Shown here in pieces: positions 8,512-17,351 of a stretch of 64,000 bases of DNA. Under the pieces are notes generated by a model, which was not told where the DNA came from, made no database searches, and saw nothing but the letters and a program-made list of their open reading frames with translations. The DNA is from Planctomycetota bacterium (lineage in GTDB: Bacteria > Planctomycetota > JAJSAM01 > JAJVHW01), in the NCBI GenBank assembly GCA_965248445.1, contig CBDFJG010000002.1:576001-640000 (forward strand). Reading direction: 5' to 3'. The position numbers were made by a program, and so were the translations under genes. Position 1 is the stretch's first letter. Each line of letters begins with the position of its first letter.

Positions 8512-9543
8512 CTACACGTCGCGCAGGACGCCGCGGAGCACCAGGAACGCGTGCTGCCGGTCAGGCAGTCCGTCGGTGTCGACGTCGTTCCAGTCCAGGC
8601 CCGCGAGGTCGGCGGGTCGATCCCCGTCCTCGCCGACGAACTGCGCGCCGACGAGCGTCGCCGGGGCGCCCCGGGCGCCGCGGAGGATCGCCCCCGAGAG
8701 ATCGGCTCCGTCGAAGTCCGCTCCCTCGACGAGCGCCTGCGACAGGTCGGCGTCGCGCAGGTCCGCATTGCAGAGGTGTGCGTCGCGCAGGTCGGCGCCG
8801 CGCAGGCTGACCCCGCGCAGACGCGCGTTGCGAAGTGACGCGCCGTGGAGCGAGAACCCGGAGAGGTCGACGTCGCGGAGGTCCGCGCCGAGCAGGTCCT
8901 GGCCGGCCAGGTCCTTGGCCTCGAGCAGTCTGCGGAGCGTCGCGATGTCCACGTGTCGCACGACGTAGCGCTCCTCGGTCCACGGATCGGCGCCGTTGTG
9001 GTAGCCGGCGGTCCGCTCCCAGTATCCGAGCTTGTCCTCCTGCAGCAGTTCGATGCGCCGCAGCCACTTCACCGACTTGAAGAAGTAGCGCGTGAACAAG
9101 ACAGAGCGAACCGGACCACCGTGCTCGGCCGGAAGCGGGATCGGACCGCCGCCCAGGTCTACGTGATCCGCGATCAGCACGTCGTTGCGCGCGATCTCGA
9201 TGGGCAGCGTCGTGTCGTGTCCGCGGCCGGACACGAACCGGACGAACCGCGTCTTCTTCTTCGGTCGTGCGCGATCGAGCAACTCCGAGAGAGCGACGCC
9301 GCCGAACGCCGTGTCCGGGCGCGACCAGCGCGTCACGCAGTGGATCGTGCCGCTCCGCGTCGTGCGAGGGAGACCGGCGAACGCGTCGTGCGAGAGGGTG
9401 AGCGGTTCCTTCACGAGGCCATCGACGGCCAGCGACCAAGTGCGGGCGTCGAACTCCTCGGGTTCCCGTTCGCCGATGCGCGGGAACGCGCGGGTCGACA
9501 GCTGGTTCGGGGGCAGGCGAGGCTCCTTCGCCACCTTGCCCAT
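8512..9543 (-). CDS. Molybdopterin-dependent oxidoreductase (sulfite oxidase/MsrP-like Mo domain) fused to pentapeptide repeats
   Basis: IHCVTRWS (Mo-ligand Cys), LPAEHGGPVR, FKSVKWLRRIEL, GYWERTAGYH; C-terminal ADLRD/ASLRN/ADLSQ repeats. Confidence 0.85.
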   Translation of the reverse strand: MGKVAKEPRLPPNQLSTRAFPRIGEREPEEFDARTWSLAVDGLVKEPLTLSHDAFAGLPRTTRSGTIHCVTRWSRPDTAFGGVALSELLDRARPKKKTRFVRFVSGRGHDTTLPIEIARNDVLIADHVDLGGGPIPLPAEHGGPVRSVLFTRYFFKSVKWLRRIELLQEDKLGYWERTAGYHNGADPWTEERYVVRHVDIATLRRLLEAKDLAGQDLLGADLRDVDLSGFSLHGASLRNARLRGVSLRGADLRDAHLCNADLRDADLSQALVEGADFDGADLSGAILRGARGAPATLVGAQFVGEDGDRPADLAGLDWNDVDTDGLPDRQHAFLVLRGVLRDV

Positions 9544-10247
9544 CAGCGCGCGAGGACCTTGTCGACGAACGTCTTCACGATGTCGGCGGCGCGGTTCATC
9601 TCGGGTTCGATGTGCGCACGGCGCGCGGCGAGCTGCTTGAACGAGTGATCGCCGCCGGGGACGACGTGCAGCGCACCCGGCAAGCGCAGCGACTTCCGCT
9701 TGCGCCGCAGGATGTCGAGATTGCAGAGCGCGTCGCGGTCGCCCTGGACGAACAACATCGGGGCGTGGACCGACTTCAGGTGATCCACGCGCAGCTGGTC
9801 TTGCTTGCCGGCGGGATGGAGCGGGTAGCCGAGGAAGATCAGCCCTGACGGCTGCACGCGGCCCGCCGCGACCAGCATCGAGGCGACGCGCCCCCCCATG
9901 CTCTTGCCGCCGAGGAACAGCGGTCCTGGGGGCGAGCCCGTGCGCTGGGACGATGCCGCCACGACATCGTGGTAGCAGTCGACGAGGAGATCCATCTTGT
10001 CGGGGGGCCGCCGTCCGCCTCCGACCGAGCGCTCCATGTAGGGGAAGTTCCAGCGCACGACGCCGATGCCGCGCTCGGCGAGCGCCGCGGCAAACCACTC
10101 CATGAACTCCGAGCGCACTCCGGCGCCGGCGCCATGCCCGAGCATGACGACGGGGGTCGTCTTGGCGATGTACTCCTGCGGGACGTCGATCACCGTCTGG
10201 ATCGCGCCGCCCCGGCGAAGCCTCAACGAGAAGCAGTGCTCGGCCAC
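9543..10247 (-). CDS. Alpha/beta-fold hydrolase (dienelactone hydrolase/KANL3-like family)
   Basis: GHGAG, GGKSMGG nucleophile elbow, LGYPLHP, QGDRD, GGDHSF triad elements. Confidence 0.85.
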   Translation of the reverse strand: MAEHCFSLRLRRGGAIQTVIDVPQEYIAKTTPVVMLGHGAGAGVRSEFMEWFAAALAERGIGVVRWNFPYMERSVGGGRRPPDKMDLLVDCYHDVVAASSQRTGSPPGPLFLGGKSMGGRVASMLVAAGRVQPSGLIFLGYPLHPAGKQDQLRVDHLKSVHAPMLFVQGDRDALCNLDILRRKRKSLRLPGALHVVPGGDHSFKQLAARRAHIEPEMNRAADIVKTFVDKVLAR

Positions 10248-10295
10248 GGGATCATTGTGACGGCAGGTGGGGGACAGGGGAACAGGTTGGGGCCG

Positions 10296-12164
10296 TTACT
10301 CGCCGGTGTCGTCGGCGCCGCGGCTCCGGATGAGCCGGACGCGCTTGGGGGGCCAGACGATCATGACCGGCTTGCCCACGAGACGGCTCCGGTGCACGGC
10401 TTGCTTCTCGCGGCTGTCCTGGCTGTTGCTCGAGTTGTCACCCAGCATGAAGAAGTCGTCCGGACCGAGCACCCACTCGTCGTCGTCGTAGTCGCTGGTC
10501 CAGTGCACATCCCGCTCGATGCGCGTGATCCGTGCCCGGGCGCCGCCGCCCGTGATCCGGACCTCGAAGTTGCCCGAGGGCGCCTGGCGGCGGGGGTACT
10601 CGGGCTGGGGCTGCTCGCTCTCGGCGTGCACGTCGTCTACGTCCAGGCGGATGATCCGGTCCACGTAGGCGAGCCGGACGTCGTAGTCCTCACCGGGCTT
10701 GATGCGCCCCTCGATACGGAACACCTGCTCGTCGTCGACGCGCAGCTCGATCGAGCCGTCGGACGCCGAGAGGATGGCGTCGACCCAGACCGACCCGCGG
10801 GCCAACCGCACGGTGATCTTCGAGTCGGCGTCGACCGGTCGGACGGTCAGCGAGAACCGCGCGTCGGGCACCTCCGGGAAGCCGTCGCGATCCTCGCCGG
10901 TCAGTTCGTCGTACGTGCGGTCGTCGACCGGCTCTATCAGGCGGAGGATCCCCTCGCCCCGCCCGCTGTCTCCCTCTGTGGGCGTCCCCTCGAATGTGCC
11001 GTCGGTGTGCAGCAGCCAGCGGCCCGTGGCCGACGTGAACAGGTCGGTCAGCCGGTCGCGGAACTCTTCGATGGCAAGTTCCTGATCGTCTTCGGCGTCT
11101 GTGCGGGCCCGCCGCCACTCCCCGCGCAGCGTCCACCAAGGGAAGAGCATCTCCTCGTAGAACCTGTCCCGCTTTCGCATCAGCCGCCCGGACAGATAGA
11201 TGTCGCCCTCGCGAATGCGCAGCCGGTCGCCCGGCAGGCCCATACACCGCTTGACGTAATTCTTCCGTTCGGTGCCCCACCCGTCGAACACGACGATCTC
11301 ACCGCGCTTGGGGGTCTTCGTGAGCCGGTTGACGAGGATGCGGTCGCCGTCCCGCTTGTCTCCGTGCAGCGTCGGCTCCATCGACCGCGTGGGGATGTGA
11401 TACGCGGACAACACCTGCAACCGCACGAACACGATGACGCCGAAGATCAGCAGCAGTATCCACGCGTCGTGTGCGAGCGATCCCTTCAGCGACTCGACCA
11501 GGCTCTGCGGGAACAGGTACGCCCGGCGCCCGGATGCGACGCGCCGCAAGTCGGTGCGCACCCGGTACGCGTCGCCGAAGTCCTTCACTGCCGCCTTCAG
11601 TGCGTCCTTCTCCGGCTCGCCCCCGTGCATGCGCGCCGCGACCGAGTCGGCCAGATGCTCCGCGACCTCGCGCCCCATGCGCGCGGCGAGAGGCGGGGAG
11701 TGGGCGAGCCCCGACGCGGCGCGCTCGGCGACCCGGCGGATCGATCTCGCGGAAGTCGCCGGCATACCGTCGAGTGCGAACGACATGTCGCCACTCACCC
11801 GGCCCGGCGCAGGGTCCCGGCCGTTGGCAGACGTCAACGCGTACGCGACGCGGGCGCCGGCCGGGCCTGGTATCGACGTGGGGGCTGCGCGTCCCTCCGC
11901 CGTCATGCGCAGCAGAAGGGGATGCAGCAGCCCTGCCCGGCGCGAGAGGAAGTCCGGCCAGGCCTCCTCGAAGCGGTGAGCGATCGCTGAGACGGACACC
12001 GGGCCATCCTGCAGGATCTCGGCCACGAGTCCCGCGGGGCTGGGCGCCTCGTCGGCACCCCCACCGGCGTCAGACGGGTCGGCGGCCTCGTCGTCCGTGC
12101 CACGGACGGGAGTGTCGACCGGAGAGTCGGCGGGGCGGTCGGCGGTGGGGAGGGTCTCGCTCAT
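10296..12164 (-). CDS. lepB: Signal peptidase I (S26) with N-terminal PadR-like wHTH and HAAS/permease-prefix-like domains
   Basis: IPTRSMEPTL (Ser), YVKRCMGLPGD (Lys), FMLGDNSSNSQDSR; N-terminal domains described in findings. Confidence 0.85.
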   Translation of the reverse strand: MSETLPTADRPADSPVDTPVRGTDDEAADPSDAGGGADEAPSPAGLVAEILQDGPVSVSAIAHRFEEAWPDFLSRRAGLLHPLLLRMTAEGRAAPTSIPGPAGARVAYALTSANGRDPAPGRVSGDMSFALDGMPATSARSIRRVAERAASGLAHSPPLAARMGREVAEHLADSVAARMHGGEPEKDALKAAVKDFGDAYRVRTDLRRVASGRRAYLFPQSLVESLKGSLAHDAWILLLIFGVIVFVRLQVLSAYHIPTRSMEPTLHGDKRDGDRILVNRLTKTPKRGEIVVFDGWGTERKNYVKRCMGLPGDRLRIREGDIYLSGRLMRKRDRFYEEMLFPWWTLRGEWRRARTDAEDDQELAIEEFRDRLTDLFTSATGRWLLHTDGTFEGTPTEGDSGRGEGILRLIEPVDDRTYDELTGEDRDGFPEVPDARFSLTVRPVDADSKITVRLARGSVWVDAILSASDGSIELRVDDEQVFRIEGRIKPGEDYDVRLAYVDRIIRLDVDDVHAESEQPQPEYPRRQAPSGNFEVRITGGGARARITRIERDVHWTSDYDDDEWVLGPDDFFMLGDNSSNSQDSREKQAVHRSRLVGKPVMIVWPPKRVRLIRSRGADDTGE

Positions 12165-12231
12165 CGGGGCTCGGACGGCTGATTGGACGGCCTACCCCGC
12201 TCCATCTGGAAGGACCAAGCGCCGGACACGC

Positions 12232-12828
12232 TCAGGACGGCGTCGCCGTCTCGTCCGTCGGCGTTCGCCGCAGCAGGACCAACAGCGCCACGAAGTCGTA
12301 GAGCGCGTGGACCAGGATCGGCGCGATCAGGTTCTCCGTCCAGAGCAGAAGAGCGCCGAGCAGCGCGCCGATCACGGTCGCCATGACGGCGTACCAGCGC
12401 GTGACGGCATGCACCATCCCGAATGCCACGGACGCCGCGGCCAGCGCGCCGAGCGGCCCGAGCGACTCGGCGAGCCAGGTCTGGAGCCAGCCGCGGAACA
12501 GGATCTCCTCGCCCAGTCCTGCGAGCACCGAAATCGCGAGTAACTCGTCCCATGTGCACTTGCCGAAGAGCGGGAGCAGGTACTCGTCGATGACCTGTCG
12601 CACCTCTGCGATCGGTCCCGAGCGTGCCCGCGCGGTGATGAAGGGAAGTGGGAGCAGCACTGCCGTCACGCCGAGGGCAAGGGCAATGTCCGTCCACCCG
12701 CCCTGTAGCAGCGGCAGCAAGCGCGTTCCGGTGAGCGCGGCGAGGGCGAACGCCGTGACGACGAGCCCTCCCTCGAACACCGCTCCGACGAGAAACGCCC
12801 GTCGCGCAACTTCCCGGTCGCTCTGCAT
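12232..12828 (-). CDS. CPBP (CAAX/Abi) family intramembrane protease
   Basis: GEEILFRG, FGMVH, HALYD motifs; multiple TM helices. Confidence 0.9.
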   Translation of the reverse strand: MQSDREVARRAFLVGAVFEGGLVVTAFALAALTGTRLLPLLQGGWTDIALALGVTAVLLPLPFITARARSGPIAEVRQVIDEYLLPLFGKCTWDELLAISVLAGLGEEILFRGWLQTWLAESLGPLGALAAASVAFGMVHAVTRWYAVMATVIGALLGALLLWTENLIAPILVHALYDFVALLVLLRRTPTDETATPS

Positions 12829-12896
12829 CGACGGGAGGGTACCTGCGCTAGACAGCTATCGAGGCGCGTGCCCCTACGTGCGTGCGGCGAGAGCTC

Positions 12897-14384
12897 TTAG
12901 AGCCGCTCGACGTAGCGGCGCCAGTCGCGCTCGAGCGAGTCGATGTCGTCGCCGAAGAACTCGGCGAACTCGGCGATCCGCTCGTGGACACCGCCCTTGC
13001 GCGCCGTGATCAGCTTGGATTCGCGCACGTAGCGGCTGAACGCGTCGGCGTGGCGGCGGGTGAGGTAGTGCGCCAGCGACCACGCCTCTGCGTAGACGAG
13101 AGACGCGCTGACGTCCGGGTCGTTGAACATCTCGCCCGTGACGATGCGGCGCAGGTCGCCGCCGATGCTCTGCGCCCAGTATCTCCGGACGTCGCGCAGT
13201 CGGCCGCGGTTCGGAGCTTCCAGGACGAAGTCCTGCTTCGAGTCGAGCTCGAACAGCGTCGCCAGTCCCTCCGTGAGCCAGCGCGGCTCGCCCATTCGGC
13301 CGACGCCGGTTGCGAACGCGAGCTGATGGCAGGCCTCGTGCGTCGTCGACGCGAGCGACTCGCGGCTCTCCCAGCCCCGCAATTCTTGTCCGAAGTCGCG
13401 CAGCTGGCCGGCGCGGGCGTCGAGCTTCTGGCGCTGCTCCTCCACCCAAGTGCGCGCCGCTTCGATCTCCTGCTTGAGCTGCTGGCGCTTCGCGAGGACG
13501 TCGACGGTGCGCTCGGTCATCGCGTCGAGCCGTTCCTCGAGAAGATCGAGCTCCTCCTCGTGCGCATCGACTTCCCGCCGGGTCTTTTCGAGTGCGGCGA
13601 TCTCGGTCTCGAGCTTCTCTCCCGCCTCGCGCGCTTGCGGCGACTGCGACGGATCGAACAACATCACGCGGCCGCTCTTCCCGACGAATAGGCCGCTCAT
13701 CCCGCGCAGCAGATCGCGCGAGACCCCCGTTGCGCGGACCCAGCGGTCATGGTCGCTGAACAGCATGATCTCGCGCCGCGACGGGATCGTCTTCGGCTCG
13801 ACTTGCAGCACGTAGGCGAGTTCGTGGAACTTGCTCCACGCCATCTCCAGCAGATCGCCGCGCAGTCGCGCGCTCTGGTGCGAGACGTCGTGCACGATAA
13901 TGAAGTGGTTCGTGCGCACGATCGTCGCGCCCTTGCCGAACTCGCTCACGAGGCGCTCGACGGAGCCCTCCTCGTCCGGCAACGCGTCGCGCAGCACGCG
14001 CCGGCGTTCCAGCGCCTCCGAGAGCACCGCGTCGTCCGGAGCGCTCTTGGCGGCATCGCGCAGGATCGTGTTGGCCAGGGAGGTCAGGCCGGCGGCGTCC
14101 GCCTCGGCCACCAACTCGAGCGCGCGCTCACTGTCCTCGGGGCCCAGCTCGAGCACGGCCTTGCGCAGCCGCTCCTCGTGGGTCTCCTTGCGCTCGATCC
14201 GATCGACGCTTTTCAGGGGGAAGGTCAGCGTCCCCGTAGAGAGCTCGACTCGGACGGTGTCGCCGTCCTCGGTCACGCGGCCCTCCACGCGGCCACCGTT
14301 CTTGAGGTGCACCACGTCAGCTGTGGCGATGGCCGCGAGGGCCAGCACCAATGCGCAGCGGGCGAAGGACTCGAGCTTGGACAT
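12897..14384 (-). CDS. Secreted DUF1570-like gluzincin metallopeptidase with coiled-coil insert
   Basis: Signal then ADVVHLKNGGRVEG; HEACHQLA...PRWLTEGLATLFE; YAEAWSLAHYL. Confidence 0.78.
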   Translation of the reverse strand: MSKLESFARCALVLALAAIATADVVHLKNGGRVEGRVTEDGDTVRVELSTGTLTFPLKSVDRIERKETHEERLRKAVLELGPEDSERALELVAEADAAGLTSLANTILRDAAKSAPDDAVLSEALERRRVLRDALPDEEGSVERLVSEFGKGATIVRTNHFIIVHDVSHQSARLRGDLLEMAWSKFHELAYVLQVEPKTIPSRREIMLFSDHDRWVRATGVSRDLLRGMSGLFVGKSGRVMLFDPSQSPQAREAGEKLETEIAALEKTRREVDAHEEELDLLEERLDAMTERTVDVLAKRQQLKQEIEAARTWVEEQRQKLDARAGQLRDFGQELRGWESRESLASTTHEACHQLAFATGVGRMGEPRWLTEGLATLFELDSKQDFVLEAPNRGRLRDVRRYWAQSIGGDLRRIVTGEMFNDPDVSASLVYAEAWSLAHYLTRRHADAFSRYVRESKLITARKGGVHERIAEFAEFFGDDIDSLERDWRRYVERL

Positions 14385-14438
14385 GACCTTCTCGGATCGG
14401 CACGGGGGACCCGCAGAGTCGAGCGCTAATCTCGGTAA

Positions 14439-14831
14439 ATGCACGATCGGAGCCTGAGATGGGTGCGTCGCGGAGCCTGGATGTGCCTCGGCGTCGGCCT
14501 CCTCCCCGGCTGGCGGGGGGACCTCGCTCCGGTGCCGCACGGGTCCGTCCTGGCCGCAGCGCGTGCCTCGCCGAGCGGCTCCGTCGTGGGCGTCGAGGTC
14601 CGCGACGCGGCTGGGGGGACGTGGCATGCGCAGTATGTCGGGAGCGGGGCGGCGAGGGTGCTGCGCGGCCTCGGGCTCGGCGGATCGGTGGCGTCCCTCG
14701 TGCCGCCGGACCACGCGGCGCGGATCGTCGACGGCAAGGGGGCGGGCTACTACGCCGTCGAACCGTCGATGCGATGGCCGTGGTGGTGGCCCGGCGGCGG
14801 CGTTGACTGGATCAGCGCGGAGGCTGACTGA
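14439..14831 (+). CDS. Hypothetical protein (start uncertain)
   Basis: High GC at third codon positions in this frame; fills the gap between divergent genes; no recognisable motif. Confidence 0.4.
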   Translation: MHDRSLRWVRRGAWMCLGVGLLPGWRGDLAPVPHGSVLAAARASPSGSVVGVEVRDAAGGTWHAQYVGSGAARVLRGLGLGGSVASLVPPDHAARIVDGKGAGYYAVEPSMRWPWWWPGGGVDWISAEAD

Positions 14832-15112
14832 TTGGTCGAGGGGCCAGGAATCGTCCTCTTCCGAGGTCGCTTCGCGGCTCCGAGTGTCCTCGCATGGAGA
14901 CACCAGTTCCAAAGGCGCACGCGGCACGTCCGCTGCTGGCTTTCAGACGGGAAATCGGGAGACGGAGGAGCGATCCTCCGGTCTCTCCGTGCACACCGGG
15001 CGAATGCACGCTGGAACCCGTGCGCGTACCGAGCAGTCGGATGGATCGTTATGGACCGGACAAGTCGAGACGGATGTTGGGCCCGGCTGAGCCGGGAGAG
15101 GTGAGTACGAGA

Positions 15113-16756
15113 ATGAGCAACAAGACGAACTGGACGCTGGTGCTGAGCCTCGGGGTCGCGATCTTCGCCGCCCCCGCGGCATGGGCGCCCGTCGTGCCGA
15201 CGGCGCAAGCCGCCGACACGACTCCCGCGGACTGGGAGAAGCAGTGGGACCGCAAGCTCAAGGAAGCGGCGAAGAAGTACATCTCGCTGTCCAACAAGTG
15301 CGCCAAGGTGGGGCTCGAGCGGACCGGCTCGATGGTGCGCCGCCACGCGCTGCGCTACCAGGGTGAGGACTCCGAGCTGCGCTCGTATTTCGGGTATGAG
15401 AAGCGCGAGGGGGAGTGGGTGGTCGCCAACGAGATCGTCCGCGATCAGCTGAAAGCCCTGATCGACGACGCGGACCCCAACAACGCGAAGTTCCAGAAGA
15501 CCCTGATGAGGACTCACGACACGGTCGCGAAGCTCTTCAAGGGACTCGCCGCGAAGGCCACCAGGATGGCGCGGGACGACGCCGAGAACAAGTCGAAGTG
15601 GGAGGAGTTCGCGATCCGCGGCTGGCAGCTCACCATCGAGAGCGCCGCCCCGGGCAGCAAGCTCGCCGTCGAGGGCCACAAGGCGCTCGGCCACCCCAAG
15701 TTCGGCGGCAAGTACGTCTGGCCGGAGTACCTCGACCACGTCAAGGCGCGCAAGGAGTCCAAGCTCGCCGGCGAAGCGATCGCCGCGAAGGAGTACCCCA
15801 CTGAGCCGATCGAGCCGGAAGGCCTGATCGTCGAGGCCGGCTTCAGCCCGCAGGGCATGAAGTCCAAGCACTTCGTCATCAACTCGACGCACGGGGTCGA
15901 GCACGCAAAGCGGCTCGCCATGTGGGCCGAGCGCGCGGTGGACGACATGATCGATCGCTACGGGCTACCCGAGAACGTCCGCGAGCGTCATGGCCTGCGC
16001 AAGCTCGACATCCTGAAGGGGGGTGACGACGAGCTGCGCCAGTACCTGATGAAGGGTGCGAAGTGGGAGAAGAGGCGCGTCGATACCACGCTCAAGCGCG
16101 GCATCCACGGCACGAGCGCGCAGTCCGGCACGTATGTCGCGGGTGCCGGACTCGGTGCGAGCGCCGACGACATCGTGATCCACCGCACGTCGCACGCCGT
16201 GACGGCGGCCACGAGGGCCCTCGCGCTCGCCGATGTCGGCCCCCACATCGGCCACGACCCCAATTCGACCGAGCCCTGGCTGGACGAGACGATCACCAGT
16301 GACGTGTCGCGCCGTCTGACGGCGAACGTGGTGTGGCGCTGCATCTCGTTCGGACGGTACGGGAACGACTTGCCGGCCCGCCCGGGCACGGACGTCTGGA
16401 TCAGCCTCGCCCGCCGCCAGGTTGTCCTCGACAACGATGTCGACATGAAGGACCTCTGGCGGAAGCCGTCGATGAATGAACTCGACGGTCCTTCGACCGT
16501 CAAGGGCTACGCGATGGTGCAGTTCCTCTTCGAGGACGACGCCGTCAAGGCGCAGAAGTTCATCTGGCACGCGCTGGCGCACGGCACACCTGCCGGCGTC
16601 GTCGAGGTGTACGGCGACTGGCTCGGCACACCCAATCCGGGTGCGCCCGACGCCGACGCGGGTCGCGCGATGTTCATGCAGCCCGAGTACACGGACGCGA
16701 TGGACGAACTCGACCGCCGCTACCGCAAGTGGATCCTCCGCTCGTACGATGGGTGA
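15113..16756 (+). CDS. Secreted DUF1570-like protein with degenerate zinc motif
   Basis: Signal MSNKTNWTLVLSLGVAIFAAPAAWA; IHRTSH...PWLDE; GYAMVQFL; strong codon bias. Confidence 0.7.
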   Translation: MSNKTNWTLVLSLGVAIFAAPAAWAPVVPTAQAADTTPADWEKQWDRKLKEAAKKYISLSNKCAKVGLERTGSMVRRHALRYQGEDSELRSYFGYEKREGEWVVANEIVRDQLKALIDDADPNNAKFQKTLMRTHDTVAKLFKGLAAKATRMARDDAENKSKWEEFAIRGWQLTIESAAPGSKLAVEGHKALGHPKFGGKYVWPEYLDHVKARKESKLAGEAIAAKEYPTEPIEPEGLIVEAGFSPQGMKSKHFVINSTHGVEHAKRLAMWAERAVDDMIDRYGLPENVRERHGLRKLDILKGGDDELRQYLMKGAKWEKRRVDTTLKRGIHGTSAQSGTYVAGAGLGASADDIVIHRTSHAVTAATRALALADVGPHIGHDPNSTEPWLDETITSDVSRRLTANVVWRCISFGRYGNDLPARPGTDVWISLARRQVVLDNDVDMKDLWRKPSMNELDGPSTVKGYAMVQFLFEDDAVKAQKFIWHALAHGTPAGVVEVYGDWLGTPNPGAPDADAGRAMFMQPEYTDAMDELDRRYRKWILRSYDG

Positions 16757-16796
16757 ATGAAGGGGCGCCACGAGCGCACCGCTTCTTACAAGACTT

Positions 16797-17113
16797 CCAA
16801 GGGGCCAGTGCTGATCGCACTGGCCACTTCCCGTACCTCCCCCGGCGCCCCTGAACGAACGGCCGCGGCCCGAGTGCGCGCGCCAGCGCACGAGGGAGCG
16901 GAAGCGGTAAACAACCGCTTCCGCAGCGGCATGGGTGAGAGCGGACCCGCCGAAGGGGTCCACCTGACCAGTTAGCACCAAGGGGCCGATGCGATCGCCT
17001 CGGCCCCAACTGACTCCTCCCCGGCGGGTCCGGTCGCACGGCCGCGGCCCGAGTGCGCGCGCCAGCGCACGAGGGAGCGGAAGCGGTAAACAACCGCTTC
17101 CGCAGCGGCATGG
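16797..17113. repeat. Tandem structured repeat: two about 180-bp units sharing an identical 76-bp core
   Basis: 16859-16934 is identical to 17038-17113; upstream hairpins related but with compensatory changes. Confidence 0.92.
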
Positions 17114-17166
17114 ACGAGGGGGGGGGGGGCGACCGTTCGGACACGCGCCGCCCCAGTCATCCCTCA

Positions 17167-17290
17167 CGGGCGGGCGTGGGTGCCTCCACTCCGGCCTTCG
17201 GCCTCCACTCCGCGTTCGCTCGTCTCGGACTCTCCATCGGAGCGTCCGAGACGCCGCCGCGCGGCGCCCTCGCTCACACCCCGCCCCTAC
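17167..17290 (-). repeat. GTAG-type REP-related element (inverted) with about 100-nt structured insert
   Basis: Ends in CCCCGCCCCTAC (reverse complement GTAGGGGCGGGG); begins CGGGCGGGCGTGG. Confidence 0.6.
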
Positions 17291-17351
17291 AGAGTCGTCC
17301 ACCTCCAACCCCCCCTTGGCCGTCCCACCAAGCCCGGTTAGACAAGACTCC

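Noticed and set aside
14832..15112. Riboswitch or ECF promoter in the leader of 15113
   Set aside because: Some hairpins and a GGAAC are present, but there is no recognisable consensus and it is not distinguishable from GC-rich background.
16757..16975. 72-aa ORF downstream of the DUF1570-like gene
   Set aside because: Runs through the structured repeat, with weak codon bias and no motif.
16859..17113. CRISPR array
   Set aside because: Only two repeats, 76 bp long with a 103-bp partly homologous spacer, and no cas genes in the window.
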